Virus record (IMG/VR): IMGVR_UViG_3300001450_000023
Coordinates: 15,790-79,789 of that record
DNA: 64,000 bases
DNA from: a virus
Direction: 5' to 3' (one strand)
The first letter of the stretch is position 1; each line of letters begins with the position of its first letter. Both the position numbers and the translations under genes were made by a program. The notes beneath the pieces were generated by a model. It had not been told where the DNA came from. It ran no database searches and saw only the letters and a program-made list of their open reading frames with translations. Below are positions 20,801 through 29,950 of this stretch, piece after piece.

Positions 20801-23800
20801 CTTTTATATTTTGTAATTGCATTATAAGAATAATCTACTAATGAATTAAAATGATGAACTTGTATTCCTGAATGTTTATTTAAAACTTCTGATATTTCTT
20901 CTGCACTTTCACCTGAAATTTCAACTGGTGAAAAAATCATAAGCTGACCTTCTATTTCATCAATACTTCTTAATTCATTATCAATTTTATTTTGAAGTGC
21001 TTGTTTAGAAATTTGAGTTTTATATATAACTAATTCTCTATTTGTTTTAGTGTCATTATTTATATACCCAATTAATGAAGTATATCCTGCATCTAACATT
21101 CCCTGCCTAACAGCTTCATTTTTTTCTTGCATAGTAGAGAAAGTCTTACCCTCCTGTGCTCTTTGGGAAATCTTCATAAACTCTTCTTGACCTTCTTCTG
21201 TAGTAGCATCTAAATTTTTTGAAGCATCATATTGTATTTCTACTTCTGTAACCTGCCCCTCTGTACTATCTTGAAATGCTTCATCTAAAGCAATATATCT
21301 TCCAGCACCTCTTTGAGCATTTTCTACTTTTGAAGAGAATGTTCCTTCTGTTCTAAACCCTTTTACTTTTACAATTTCAGGTTCAGTTTTATTTCCAGAT
21401 TGTTCTTGTGCTTTTAATTTTTTTAATATTTCTTCTACTTCAGAAGTTTTATTATTTAATATTGCTTTTTCTCTAGAAGTTAACTGCTCATCATTTTTAA
21501 TTTTATTTGCAATACTATTAATTCTATCTTCTGTTACAACACCATTATCAACAAAGTTATTATACTCTTCATCAAGTACTACATCTTTAACTTCATGTAC
21601 TTCTTCTAATACTTGTTCATTAGAAGCTGGTTGTACTTGAGCTTCATCAGATTCTATAGAAATTTCTATTGATGGATTTGTAGTAAATGTAGTTTTACTT
21701 TTTCCATCTCTTGTTTCATATTGAAAAGGTTTTAAATTTATTTCTAAATTGTTTGATATATGTTCAATATAATTAGAATGAGTTTTCTTAAAAGTTAATT
21801 CTTCATTACCTGTAATATCAAATGTAGGTAAATCTATTCTATTATTTAAAGTTTCAAAATTAGAAGCACCTGCTAAATCTTTAATGATAGATGAGTTATC
21901 ATGAAACTTTTTTATTCTTTCATTAAAGAAATTATTAAATTGATCTTGAGTTTTTAAATTTTGAACTTGTTTAGCAATTGAATATTTTCCAAACTTTAAA
22001 GTTTTAGTAGTGCCATCACTCATTTTTTTCCCAACAAGAATCATATATTGATGAGTAGCTGATCCAGTTTTTGGCATACTTACTAATAAACTATCTGCTG
22101 AACCATTTTTTAATGCTTTATCAAAATTATTATTTTCAATTGAAGGATTTCCTTTTGCTATACGGGTTGTTTTTTTAAAAATATTTTTAATAGTATTTGC
22201 ATCAGTTAAGTCAATACCAACTGCTTTAGCTGCTTCTACCATTTTATCAAACTGATTCATAGTTGGAAGTTTTGTATCATTTTCACTATTATAAGTGTCA
22301 ACAAAACTATCATACATAGTTCTATATTCATTTTTACCACTATAGAACATGTGGAATAACATTAAATTCTTTAATGTATCAGATTGATTTTCAGATATTT
22401 GAGAATTAAGAGTAGGGTAAATTACATATTTAGGAACATTTTTATCACCAACTTTTACAGATGTATTTCCAGGTACAACTACAAAAGTAAAATTACTTTT
22501 ACCTTTAATTGTATGATCTCCTGTTTGTGCTTCAGGTAAATTTACTACTTTACCATTTTTATCATAATAAATAAAATCACCATTTCTTGCTTTTATAGCT
22601 ATATAATAATCTTTAAGTTCTGGAATTTTAAATGTTCCACTTTCTCCTGCTGCACTTTGTGAAGCTCCTAAACTACCATTAGTTTTATTTGTAATTTTTG
22701 CTGTTAGCTTTAAATCTTTATCTGTATTACTATAAAGATTTTTTAACTTAGCTCTTATATTATTTAATTTTTCTATTTGCAATAATCTATCTTCTACACC
22801 TAAACTTTTATTATTAGAATTTTTTAGATAAGAAGGATCTTGTATTATAGCTATAATATTTCCAGATGCATCTGATACAGCTAATGGTATTTTTTTCCAG
22901 TAAAGATCATCTGCAACACTTATTTTATATTTTTCTACAAACTCTTTAAAAGTTATATATGATTGTTCTTTATCTTCTTCAGGAGAATAAGTATCAGTAT
23001 CTGATAATGTAGATTTATTATCTATTTCATCATCTAATACTAAAATATTATCTATTTTATCTGTTGAAAATGGTTGAATAGTTAATTGTTCTCCTGGTAA
23101 ATAAGATGATGGATCTAATATATAATTTGCTCCAGGAGTATCTGTACCAGGTTGTAATTTTGAATAATCATAATTACCATTTTTATCTTTTTGAAAGTTT
23201 ACAAAAGTTAGAGGAACATTTTCTACAGAATATGAAGTTTCAATTGCAGATTCTTCTTGAGATACTTCTTCAACTCTATCTGAAACTTTATCAATAAGTT
23301 TTTTTGATTCAGTTTTATTTTGATATCCTGAATCATAATCTAATAAAGAAAGTATATCTTGTTCAGGTCCTACAAAATATTTATTATATATTTCTTTAAA
23401 ATTAGCATCCCCTTTTACTAATTTATATCCTTTTGTAATAAAATCCCATTGAGTTTCTACCCTATCTTTACCAGCAGTATCTATAAAATATTTTACAAAT
23501 GTTTCAAAAGTAGGTTCAACATTATTCTCTTGAATAGAGATTTTATTTATAACATTTTCAAATTGATTTTTTAATTGCTCTTCTGTTAATACAATAGGAG
23601 AAAATGAACCAGCTTCTAAATCATTTTCTAATTCACTTTCTGTTTCAGAACCTTCTGTAGAAGTAATTGGTTTATCATTTGGAGTAATACCAAGAAGATT
23701 ATTTATACCACTTTTTAATTCTGAATTTGTATTATTAATACCTTGTTCAATAACATTACTCTCATGTGCTTCTTCATCAGTATAATTCTCTTCATGAAAT

Positions 23801-26598
23801 AATTCATATAATTCATTATTTTCATTTTGATCTTCTTCAGATAAATTAGCTATATCTTTACCAAGCTCTTTATTTTCCTGCTTGATTGCTTCTTTTTTAT
23901 TTTTCTCAGCTTCTTCAAGTTTATCTTTATAATTTTCTTTAAGATTAGTTAAAACTTCATCATCAATTTTACCTTTGTATTTTTTAGAAACATTATCAAC
24001 AACATCTTGAATTTCATTAGCTTTACCTTCAGTTTGTAAAATAGATAATTGTTTTCTTTTATTTTTAAGTTCTTGTATTAATTTAGATTCATAATATAAT
24101 TCAAGTTGTTTCTTTTTAGAAACAAAATCATTATATTGTTTATCAACAATTGATTGTTTTCTTTTTAAAAAAGATTGATTAAAAAGTAAAGATTTTAAAC
24201 CTGCAACTGAATCTAATTCAGAAGCTGATTTTTGATATTCATTAAATACTCTTTGTTCCTCTTTTGTTTCAAATTCTTGACCTTCTAATATATTATCTAA
24301 TGAAGCATCAACTTTTTGTTTAGCTTCAGGTATAAATGTTTTTTCTTCTAATTCAGAAATATTTTTATCTTTATCTTTAGAAAATTTATCTAATTTTTTA
24401 CCATCTCTGCTAATAATTTTATCATTAATTGATATTTGATTTTCTAATTTATTTATATCAATTGCATTAGCTTCTTGTTTAGATATATTAGAATCTAATT
24501 CTGTTTTTAAATTCTTATCTTCAGGATTTTGTTTTACTTTTTGTTTTAAAGCTTTTTCTTCTTTTCTTAATTGTATATTTTCACTATTAAGAGTTTTAAT
24601 TTCTAATTCACCTTCTTTATTACTTTCTTGTAATGTTCCAATATTATTATTTAAATCTGATGAATTTTTTTCAAATTCATCTTGCAGTTGTTTCTTTTCT
24701 TTTTCTAAATTTTGTTTAGCTTCTTTATTTGCTTTTCTATTATCTACTTCTGTAGTTGGTAAATTAACTTCATTAGTTAATAAATCTTTTGCAGCTAATG
24801 TTCTTTGTTCAGATATTTTAGTATCTAATTCTGAAATACCTTTCTGCACCATCATTGAATTAGCTCTATTTATATAGACAGCTTCAGCATTATAATAATT
24901 TTTATCATAAACTTCATTATAAATTTTTTCAAATGATTTAATTTCAGAAACTATTTCAGATGCTCTTCCCCTGACATCTGAATTAAAAGATTCATTACCA
25001 GCTATAGTTTCATATACTTCATATAATCTATCTGCAGTACCTGTTCTAAAATTTTGTAAAGCTTGGTGATATACAATTTCTTTTTCTAATTGTTCTGCTT
25101 GTTCTACCTTACCTTGATTTCTTAAAGCTTGAGCATCTTGTCCAATTTCTGCTATTTTTTCATAAGTATTTTGTAAACCTATAACTTGATCAACTGTTGT
25201 ATTGCCATTTATTTGAGGTAATAAATTATTAAGATCACTTACAGCTTTTTCTGCCTTTTCTGCTGCTTCTTTTCTTTTATTATATGTCATTGCATTAGTA
25301 ACTCCAATTTGAGTACCAGAACCTATAACAGCAAAGAAAGCACTTTCTAAAGTTTCTTTACTAAAAAAATCATTCCAAGCATCTGATCTATTATAATCCT
25401 GTCCTTTACCATATGCAGTACCTATTTTAGAAGCATATCTTTCTATAACTGCTTCTTCTATAACTTCTTGTCCAGCTTCAAATGCAAAAGTCTTTGCAAA
25501 ACCTTTTTGTCCTCCAAGTAATCCCCCCAATCTAGCTGCTTGTGTTGGAGCACCTTGTGATACCATTCCTGCAATACCTCTTGTTGCTAATAAACTCCCA
25601 GTAAAATTTAAAAAGAAAGAAGCTGCATTTATTTTCATAGTTAAATCAGCACCAGCAATAGAATTATCTCTTGCTTGTTGAACTATATCAGCATTATCTT
25701 GCACCCATGCAGAACCCCATTCTTCTGAAGATTGTTGAGCAAATTCTTTAGCAGCAGTTTGTAATTGTTCAGGAGAAAGTTTATTTTTATTTTTTTGTGC
25801 AAAATCAGCATAGGCTTTTCTATATGCATTTTCTTTACCTGAAGTATATCCATTTTCATCCATATGATGTTTAAAAACAGTATCATATGTTTCTTTACCA
25901 AGCATTGATGATATACCTTGTGTCATTAATGCAGAAGTAACAGCCCCAGTAATTCTCTTCTTAGCTTTTTCTCCTAGTTTTGTAGCTTTACCTAATTTAC
26001 CAAGTCCTTTAAATGTTGCTTGACCAATTTTTGTACTAATACCACCAAAACTTGCTAAACTACCTATTACAGCAGAAGTTCCATTTAAACCCCAATTTAA
26101 CCAATCTGATCTAGTATTTATTTGATTATCTTGAACAAATCCTTTTATTGCATCATTGACATCATTATTAGCTATCCAATTACCTACATAATCTTCCCCA
26201 TCCCCAATAAAACTATTGTCTATTAATTTAGATATTTCAGATAATCCTTTTGTTCCTGTTACTATTGATAAAGCATTACCAACATAAGGTATTTTTTCAA
26301 CAGCATCTAATGTATGATGCCAATCACCAACATCTAAAATTCCACCTACAAAATCTAAAGTAGAACTTAATATAGTACCAACAGTATTACCAGTAAGTTT
26401 AGCTCCTGTAGTAAAAAAATTATCATATTCTTTAGGATTTTTTTCAGCTTCAGCTATTTTTTTTTCAGCAACTTTTTTTGTTACAACAGGAGTAAATGAT
26501 GTAAGTTGAGGTAAACCAGTTCCAGCTTCAACTGCTTCTTTTTCTGAAGTCTGCAAATCATTACTTATACTTTGAAGTATATTATTAGGATCTGACAT
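11839..26598 (-). CDS. virion-encapsidated RNA polymerase polyprotein (crAss-like double-psi barrel RNAP)
   Basis: 4919 aa; FRTP..S, GLDFDIDK catalytic motif (16621-16635), TDAQEY, DNAK; zincin HELIH (13948-13962). Confidence 0.92.
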   Translation of the reverse strand: MSDPNNILQSISNDLQTSEKEAVEAGTGLPQLTSFTPVVTKKVAEKKIAEAEKNPKEYDNFFTTGAKLTGNTVGTILSSTLDFVGGILDVGDWHHTLDAVEKIPYVGNALSIVTGTKGLSEISKLIDNSFIGDGEDYVGNWIANNDVNDAIKGFVQDNQINTRSDWLNWGLNGTSAVIGSLASFGGISTKIGQATFKGLGKLGKATKLGEKAKKRITGAVTSALMTQGISSMLGKETYDTVFKHHMDENGYTSGKENAYRKAYADFAQKNKNKLSPEQLQTAAKEFAQQSSEEWGSAWVQDNADIVQQARDNSIAGADLTMKINAASFFLNFTGSLLATRGIAGMVSQGAPTQAARLGGLLGGQKGFAKTFAFEAGQEVIEEAVIERYASKIGTAYGKGQDYNRSDAWNDFFSKETLESAFFAVIGSGTQIGVTNAMTYNKRKEAAEKAEKAVSDLNNLLPQINGNTTVDQVIGLQNTYEKIAEIGQDAQALRNQGKVEQAEQLEKEIVYHQALQNFRTGTADRLYEVYETIAGNESFNSDVRGRASEIVSEIKSFEKIYNEVYDKNYYNAEAVYINRANSMMVQKGISELDTKISEQRTLAAKDLLTNEVNLPTTEVDNRKANKEAKQNLEKEKKQLQDEFEKNSSDLNNNIGTLQESNKEGELEIKTLNSENIQLRKEEKALKQKVKQNPEDKNLKTELDSNISKQEANAIDINKLENQISINDKIISRDGKKLDKFSKDKDKNISELEEKTFIPEAKQKVDASLDNILEGQEFETKEEQRVFNEYQKSASELDSVAGLKSLLFNQSFLKRKQSIVDKQYNDFVSKKKQLELYYESKLIQELKNKRKQLSILQTEGKANEIQDVVDNVSKKYKGKIDDEVLTNLKENYKDKLEEAEKNKKEAIKQENKELGKDIANLSEEDQNENNELYELFHEENYTDEEAHESNVIEQGINNTNSELKSGINNLLGITPNDKPITSTEGSETESELENDLEAGSFSPIVLTEEQLKNQFENVINKISIQENNVEPTFETFVKYFIDTAGKDRVETQWDFITKGYKLVKGDANFKEIYNKYFVGPEQDILSLLDYDSGYQNKTESKKLIDKVSDRVEEVSQEESAIETSYSVENVPLTFVNFQKDKNGNYDYSKLQPGTDTPGANYILDPSSYLPGEQLTIQPFSTDKIDNILVLDDEIDNKSTLSDTDTYSPEEDKEQSYITFKEFVEKYKISVADDLYWKKIPLAVSDASGNIIAIIQDPSYLKNSNNKSLGVEDRLLQIEKLNNIRAKLKNLYSNTDKDLKLTAKITNKTNGSLGASQSAAGESGTFKIPELKDYYIAIKARNGDFIYYDKNGKVVNLPEAQTGDHTIKGKSNFTFVVVPGNTSVKVGDKNVPKYVIYPTLNSQISENQSDTLKNLMLFHMFYSGKNEYRTMYDSFVDTYNSENDTKLPTMNQFDKMVEAAKAVGIDLTDANTIKNIFKKTTRIAKGNPSIENNNFDKALKNGSADSLLVSMPKTGSATHQYMILVGKKMSDGTTKTLKFGKYSIAKQVQNLKTQDQFNNFFNERIKKFHDNSSIIKDLAGASNFETLNNRIDLPTFDITGNEELTFKKTHSNYIEHISNNLEINLKPFQYETRDGKSKTTFTTNPSIEISIESDEAQVQPASNEQVLEEVHEVKDVVLDEEYNNFVDNGVVTEDRINSIANKIKNDEQLTSREKAILNNKTSEVEEILKKLKAQEQSGNKTEPEIVKVKGFRTEGTFSSKVENAQRGAGRYIALDEAFQDSTEGQVTEVEIQYDASKNLDATTEEGQEEFMKISQRAQEGKTFSTMQEKNEAVRQGMLDAGYTSLIGYINNDTKTNRELVIYKTQISKQALQNKIDNELRSIDEIEGQLMIFSPVEISGESAEEISEVLNKHSGIQVHHFNSLVDYSYNAITKYKRDNRDKPLIASELKEEIDNQLSNYVDVKKQHYLERIEQIKELIGDEKQKDEYIRKYEHLIDYLNNISNNKEGIIEEALKKTNLKEVSTPDKFEENQSEENQKEKNYSQNALEEGGKNSISAEVRELLTGIKEVDKDFNTMTDFLGLPSVIPVDTTVEILQQILSNAGGSKKVQLATLNQYVKAFPFLQEVIDKFNAEPEKVQNQFLSFFDKSKLNMKFVMFSIDSKGKPHVKVMNSNSSEVANIILKRFENNLKDSSLIERDDNGVYTYNINEVDRVIKRLNNIYEKPGGKIVRKRTQAKIDDFDKDIKNQNLASLQKAGIQLTEGSTFIKDNKVYSIVNDKVKETPSALSLYDRLGKKIDLDNSIKELQSVLEEVGIVLSSDNIKNIIDNGIYINSENSRKTFQESFGQASPLSLIKIIKDKLSSINKDNNLVEDNNILKETILKNYAIEEALFANTISPTSFRVAKKTLQTHINKTYIKEREQELKNDPFLRKQLLQQAFSKHSMLLELLENTKLRNTFSIDYLSLESIKQRKQKAYQGTKLQDLSEADHEMVKLGLYTDMKQGAFKGQNYQGVLLRTATYLGLTNSDKSNINTISMPTLDFRKADDFILKEDGDVVPGENMINILYEQTVLPEFERITNFLNEKIGSNIKGYNKGAGSFLMFPNLNSLIIDYKGKKKTLTELANDIEGFPKLMQQYLNNDKENLKNTNPDEFNFLENFEKEAKNYLTKTVGIQYKQKLNDWETYNIVESSPLGELKVYDNKLLDVDYLNKFNSIDPNLSDNNKIIYSAIEFVVNNMISNSNQFMLLAGDPAMYYKRSKADNFADISKNTAENINKRLAAMIAPGNKLADSDQEQYIQIFVNDLEGPANNLASLTKLLDNKTFDQNEYDRVKNDSDKLDAFINKYPNTKPFFNIESTDAQEYTTWKEHVHVLEKLGKANPGLIDSARLENAIELVESGKALKDMNAEEKELIAFVYQPMKPVYTGQIIEGTQDNPLFRTVYIKSSSIPLLPQITEGTQLDVVRQAMEKLEAKSGDKKVRLSYNTANKVGANSNSATIFDDNGNIMQNDVDTLVKEFENSSLLLDRKNFRIQQEVPYKGKKDTVSQGTQTTKLLFGNGVTSMKGFQYKGESIDGSALERKFFDNFNDLLDLEKETLYDELGIDVKTGIPKDIEKTANKLKKLLKEEAEERNYEQQVVDSLEIDYTYAKDGSGKITGYQFKLPLWLSPSSNNLEALLNSVVSNRIAKLKFPGNTFVVSSPEGYKQVTEVSEDIENQIIYLDENFDGDLKGIQINKDGSIVHKTQVYLPSRFKDSKGNLIDLFDGYVELKNDKYVLKKDKFDKELLSNISFRTPTSSHQSMLDVEIVGFLPPKAGDLMVVPRNTLTQVGLDFDIDKQTNYSLYHYVDKNGNIKVISDNVEKIQSELDSKTPKSPERIKELKDRLKKIYKNNIVKIHSSVLSNPKMQSKISKALSMEWEKGQAQKIDDLVTFANADDINTGESFTMLSDSYQKNLVKLGASGKVGIGAYSIDVVFHSLLNQNSIATSQNSFGSITSNKFYGDLKTAGPNQRDISDVLTARQNLATDNAKEQALEKLFLNKETFDVDKVMTLMGFDKDENGNSIVGLFLNQPIIRDYVNTLINLNSIIAPYVEDKQAEALKIVYDKYIGDDSDTLLILSQFDLKNALMPEDAALIKRAIDNEFKEINGSVLQQQIQNKGNDPKTQYLILERFLDYNTQGKQLRKVQSLLNIDSQGLGKSFFDVIAKKQKFESLFLEDPSLSKIAGADVRKSKEVYSPFLKLFGKVSEKSQAEEGDVVILEREGTVLTFTPTTIAGKMIANSVYSAHELWQQHFPYDQGNLSNALSQIASLRNIDSTNELQVIEANQKTKKEFTKLINSSNLSLFSTDNVFDERQRSFTEKDGESLAKYLNSLNGSDDMIVKAMVLKNPLIKSFEYEIDNDNGLSLIKYNNATSQDLDKTRLYNSIPTLIQRNLPLPPFNGKPYTTRMLAQDLVNYSLLEGGVQEAIQFSKFIPVSYLLATGYDSVAYNENSDLNSMVQPIASDENKNEYPSRWQIQYFQHNTNELQSPPRKPKYNSKDQTISFPLANSKNKAELEYYAGMYKFKVEGERYPFYRIGPNKWKRADKLSTFGTNEYDINTSNDSIVTILKSKEEKNDLIEKGIEDKYAGMESSSDSIEESSAVNTKNHIKDGNLQKSIDSIVNADLGNLSYLAETLNQILPDDIKLVVRDLTKYKAAGAYLNNTIYIDSKFLNTNDESTVAEKLIHELIHAVTETTLEKYVEIEQDGRANLKSVPDIPKPVRDLVTVFNYARGKFEKDNPGVIASTIVKRDNFEGLSNNEYTAYGLTNLKEFLSLLSNDNFRAELDKMGYKNSGESVLQRIKKVLIDLVNNVKTSLNLDAENVDVLSAAFDSLFQIAEIQTKKKITSIQPDINDADKVINDVNNLLDTKKDEFNITIGKLPYTIKDVNTNPKLFNSSQEEITDELQIAKGVANYLYQYDKSEYNKRFFSDNDLQKNNITTYAGNDVFMIDNNKALVISRNKVVEELREPGQDLRNLYAGKPIIQSKLQIDEQIENKEQEIAIKERELNQLQMESEMLDTNPYLFILDNLPKITPDSAQKETGGKIGSKKDINPSFIGKKGVSVERAAEDMMIPAEKAGVVLSEMEIRDEIIEILLTGKKKYKQLRGDVKNSEMVALKSEIKILENELTELKKDKKNGGEQLTLFSPSIDDSSVIESLNNLTDKFMDLEWKMEGYGDRETYYGIESDIIKQNKISDEIKTIINNPINQLELFSLGNNMATIFELFPPEMQNLTIRVKIPLKSVVEKFGSDNRYQNYFKTSDNKYYENNQYGLEDYGKVEEISEKEYREAFSNASTTGYGVIVSQDIIPFDFEKIIKKLDINNQFSEEEINNLVQLYESNDTDNKTLAGDIIKGRLEGEWGYYDAQNRIEAAVMEAGNKKQIENLIDKSENNCR

Positions 26599-26615
26599 TA
26601 ATATTTATTTTTTAA

Positions 26616-29600
26616 TTAATCTACAAAATTTGTTCTAGCAGTATAAAAGTTATTTATACCTTGTATGCTTGCAGGTTTTATTCCATCTTTATATATAATA
26701 TTTCCATCTTTATCATATATAATATTTCCATCTTTATCTTCTTTTGGTGTTGCTTTAATAAGTTTATCTAATTCAGCATGATCTGTAAAGTTTGTTAATG
26801 ATTGAAATGGAACTACATAAAATACAGCTTGCCCATTTTCAACTTTAGTTACAGTCATATATTTTTTATTATTACCTTTATGTACAAAGGTACTATTTGG
26901 TACTTTCATAATCAAATTAGAACTAGAATTACTTTTGGTTTGGCTTTCTATACTTTCTTTTGCTATAGCAAATGGGGCAGTTTGTGAAAACTTTTTCATA
27001 TGCTTATTATATCTTTCTGGACTAATTGCATCTGTCATTGCATCATAGTTTGCCCCTTTAACATCTGGCCCTAATGTTTGAGTTATTGTATGCTTTCTAA
27101 CAGTTCCTTCAGGTATTGTTTCTGTTTTACTCTTATCTACTTCAGGTGAATTTTCTTTAACTGGTTCACCAGCTTTATTATAATATTGTTTAACTTCATC
27201 ATTAACACCAATTTCAATATCATATACTAAATGCATACCTGGTTGTCCATCTATTACAGTTTCTGTAACCATAGGACTACTTATATAAAAGTTTACAGGA
27301 ACACCATTAGATACAAACCCAATAGTATTTACTGCTGTTTCATTAGTTAGTTCATTCATTTGACCTTCTGTCACTTGTTTTACAGCCACTTGTTCAGTTA
27401 TCATATCTTGTGTAAGATTATCAAAATTTGTAAGAACTGTTCTTAGTGGACTATTTTCATCATATTTATTAGCAAGTAATTTTATCTTTGTACCAAGATT
27501 ATCTTTTACTTTATTGATTGATATTTTCTTACCATCATAAACTCTATCATGTAACCAGTTTCTAAAGTTTTGTTTTGTTTGATCATTAACAAAAGTTTCA
27601 TTCTTACTATCTGTTTTTGTTGGTAATATTTCAATAGGAGTATTAGTTCTAGTACTTTTTGTTTTATTAATATTATCACTTTGATTTAAATAACCTACAG
27701 TAGTACCAAAAAGATTCTTATTAAGCCATTTTGAAGCACCTTCATAATCCATTTGTTCAGAACCTCCTGGATCTACAAAAGTTTGACTAATATGAGAATA
27801 TGCAGAATTCATTTCTGAACCAACACCATTAACATATGATTCTTGAAAAGGTATATTTGAAACAATATTAGTGTTTAATAATCTTTGTAACTCAGGATTT
27901 GCTTTAGTAGCTTGTTTCATTTCTGCTTGTAAATTTCTTTGTAATTTTTCTTTCTCAAGTAATTGATTTTGATATGCAACACCTCCTGCACCTGCTGCAT
28001 AATCAGCATCTAATTTATCTAATTTTTTGTCATAATCCTTCATTATTTTTTGTGCCTCAATATAATGTACTGGCCAAAATCCTTTTCCTCTTTCCATCAT
28101 TAATTGAGTTGTATAGCCACCTCTTCCCCCTCTTGCTTTCGGATCCCATACTCTAATTTTGTTTTTTGCTGAGACGGTAGCTTTCATCTCAGCTAGTTGT
28201 TTAACTCTTTCTTGCCATAAGGCTTTCTTCTTTTTAGAATGATCCTCATGTAAATTCATACCCTTATCCCATCTATCTTGTAGAGTTAAAGTTTCTTTTA
28301 ATTCTTCTGGAATATTATGATAATCTTCTGTTAAAATATCATAGTCTGAATTACCAGCTAAAATATCATTTTTAATTCTATCTAACTCTTGAAGATTATC
28401 ATTAGTTCTATCTGTTAAACCTTTAATTTTAGCTATATTATTTTCTCTAGTTGTTACATAAGATTCATTATATTTTCCAAACTGAGCTATATCATTATCA
28501 GTTAACTTAATTAATGGGTTAGCTTTAAAAAATGCTTTTTTATCATTAACCTGTTTGTATGTTTTATTAATATTATCAGCTTCCCATTTTGCTAAAGCTT
28601 TTTCTGCATAATCCTCATTAACTTTTTCTATTTCTTTTTTGTAACCATCCCAATTACCAGTTCTTTGACTTTCACTTTTTGCTTCAAATAATTGATTTGT
28701 ATAATTAACACCACTATCATCTCCTAATGTAGCTGAAGCAATTTCTTGAGCACTATTATGTTTTAAATCTAAAGTTTGATCATATTCTACTAAATCTTCA
28801 GCTTCAGTTTTAATATTTAATAATGTTCCTGAATAAGTACCACTAATTGGCTTATTATTAGCATCATAAGCATCAGAATTTTTAGCACCTTCAGGAGTTA
28901 CTGGATCTACATATGATCCAATATCAGAAGTAATTTCCAAACCTCTAGAAGTAGAATTTATTTGAGTTCCATCTGATGAACCACTACCAGATCCTGTAGT
29001 ATCACCTATTTTTTTCTTAGTTGCTTCTTGTTCTTCATAAGCATATTTAGATATACCATAATCTATCATAGCTTGCTTTTTAGCTAATACTTGTTCTGAT
29101 AAAAATCCTGGTATGCCTTGTGCTTGTCTAGTTCCAAAATATTCATTAATAACAGGATTAGCATTAATATATTCAACAATTATATTATTAACTTCAGTTT
29201 CTGTTAATTCTTTTTTTGATCCTGATTCCAAAAATGTTAATTTACCTTCTGGTGTTTCTTCTACTGTTACACCTGATCCTACATTTTGAAGATAAGTATT
29301 AATATTAGTACCTTTCATTGCTTTATCTACTTCATTAGTACCTATAATAGCATCAGAAACAAATCCAGTTTGATATGCACCTGACATATCTCCTGCTTCA
29401 CCTTTAGTTCCAAATTTACTAAAATCTGCATCAAACTTATTTAACAAAGCATCTGCATGTGATTGACTTATTCCAGCTTCACCTTTTGCTGCAGTAAATG
29501 CTTCAACCATTTTATCTAACTTTTGTTTATAAGTTTGCCTTGTTGCATAATTAGATTCAATAGCTGCCCAGGTTCCTCTGGTTTTATCTTTCCATATTTC

Positions 29601-29894
29601 TTTACTAACTTTTGAAAGTTCTCCAGGATTATTTATATACTTTAAAGCATTTTCTCTTAGGTCAGTAGTTTTTTCATCTATTATACCTTCATAATCAGAA
29701 ATTATTTTTTTACTTAATTCATCATCAGCACTAAGTTTATTCATTTGTAATTTTTGATACAAAGTATCATAACCCATTTCTTGTTGAGCTAAACTTTGAT
29801 CAGCTACTTGTTGAGCCTTTAATAACATATTACTAGGCTGCTGATACATGAAATCTAAATAATTTCCTTTAGTACTTTTATAAAATCTTCCCAT
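26616..29894 (-). CDS. large virion/ejected protein
   Basis: 1092 aa, lies between cargo and vRNAP genes as in crAss-like phages. Confidence 0.7.
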   Translation of the reverse strand: MGRFYKSTKGNYLDFMYQQPSNMLLKAQQVADQSLAQQEMGYDTLYQKLQMNKLSADDELSKKIISDYEGIIDEKTTDLRENALKYINNPGELSKVSKEIWKDKTRGTWAAIESNYATRQTYKQKLDKMVEAFTAAKGEAGISQSHADALLNKFDADFSKFGTKGEAGDMSGAYQTGFVSDAIIGTNEVDKAMKGTNINTYLQNVGSGVTVEETPEGKLTFLESGSKKELTETEVNNIIVEYINANPVINEYFGTRQAQGIPGFLSEQVLAKKQAMIDYGISKYAYEEQEATKKKIGDTTGSGSGSSDGTQINSTSRGLEITSDIGSYVDPVTPEGAKNSDAYDANNKPISGTYSGTLLNIKTEAEDLVEYDQTLDLKHNSAQEIASATLGDDSGVNYTNQLFEAKSESQRTGNWDGYKKEIEKVNEDYAEKALAKWEADNINKTYKQVNDKKAFFKANPLIKLTDNDIAQFGKYNESYVTTRENNIAKIKGLTDRTNDNLQELDRIKNDILAGNSDYDILTEDYHNIPEELKETLTLQDRWDKGMNLHEDHSKKKKALWQERVKQLAEMKATVSAKNKIRVWDPKARGGRGGYTTQLMMERGKGFWPVHYIEAQKIMKDYDKKLDKLDADYAAGAGGVAYQNQLLEKEKLQRNLQAEMKQATKANPELQRLLNTNIVSNIPFQESYVNGVGSEMNSAYSHISQTFVDPGGSEQMDYEGASKWLNKNLFGTTVGYLNQSDNINKTKSTRTNTPIEILPTKTDSKNETFVNDQTKQNFRNWLHDRVYDGKKISINKVKDNLGTKIKLLANKYDENSPLRTVLTNFDNLTQDMITEQVAVKQVTEGQMNELTNETAVNTIGFVSNGVPVNFYISSPMVTETVIDGQPGMHLVYDIEIGVNDEVKQYYNKAGEPVKENSPEVDKSKTETIPEGTVRKHTITQTLGPDVKGANYDAMTDAISPERYNKHMKKFSQTAPFAIAKESIESQTKSNSSSNLIMKVPNSTFVHKGNNKKYMTVTKVENGQAVFYVVPFQSLTNFTDHAELDKLIKATPKEDKDGNIIYDKDGNIIYKDGIKPASIQGINNFYTARTNFVD
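26683..26737 (-). repeat. short in-frame tandem repeat (DKDGNIIY x2 plus a partial copy)
   Basis: 24-bp unit ccatctttatcatatataatattt. Confidence 0.8.
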
Positions 29895-29950
29895 TATCTA
29901 TATTGTTGTAAATTTTAAAATCCTTGTTTACTAGTAACACTAGTTTTTTA

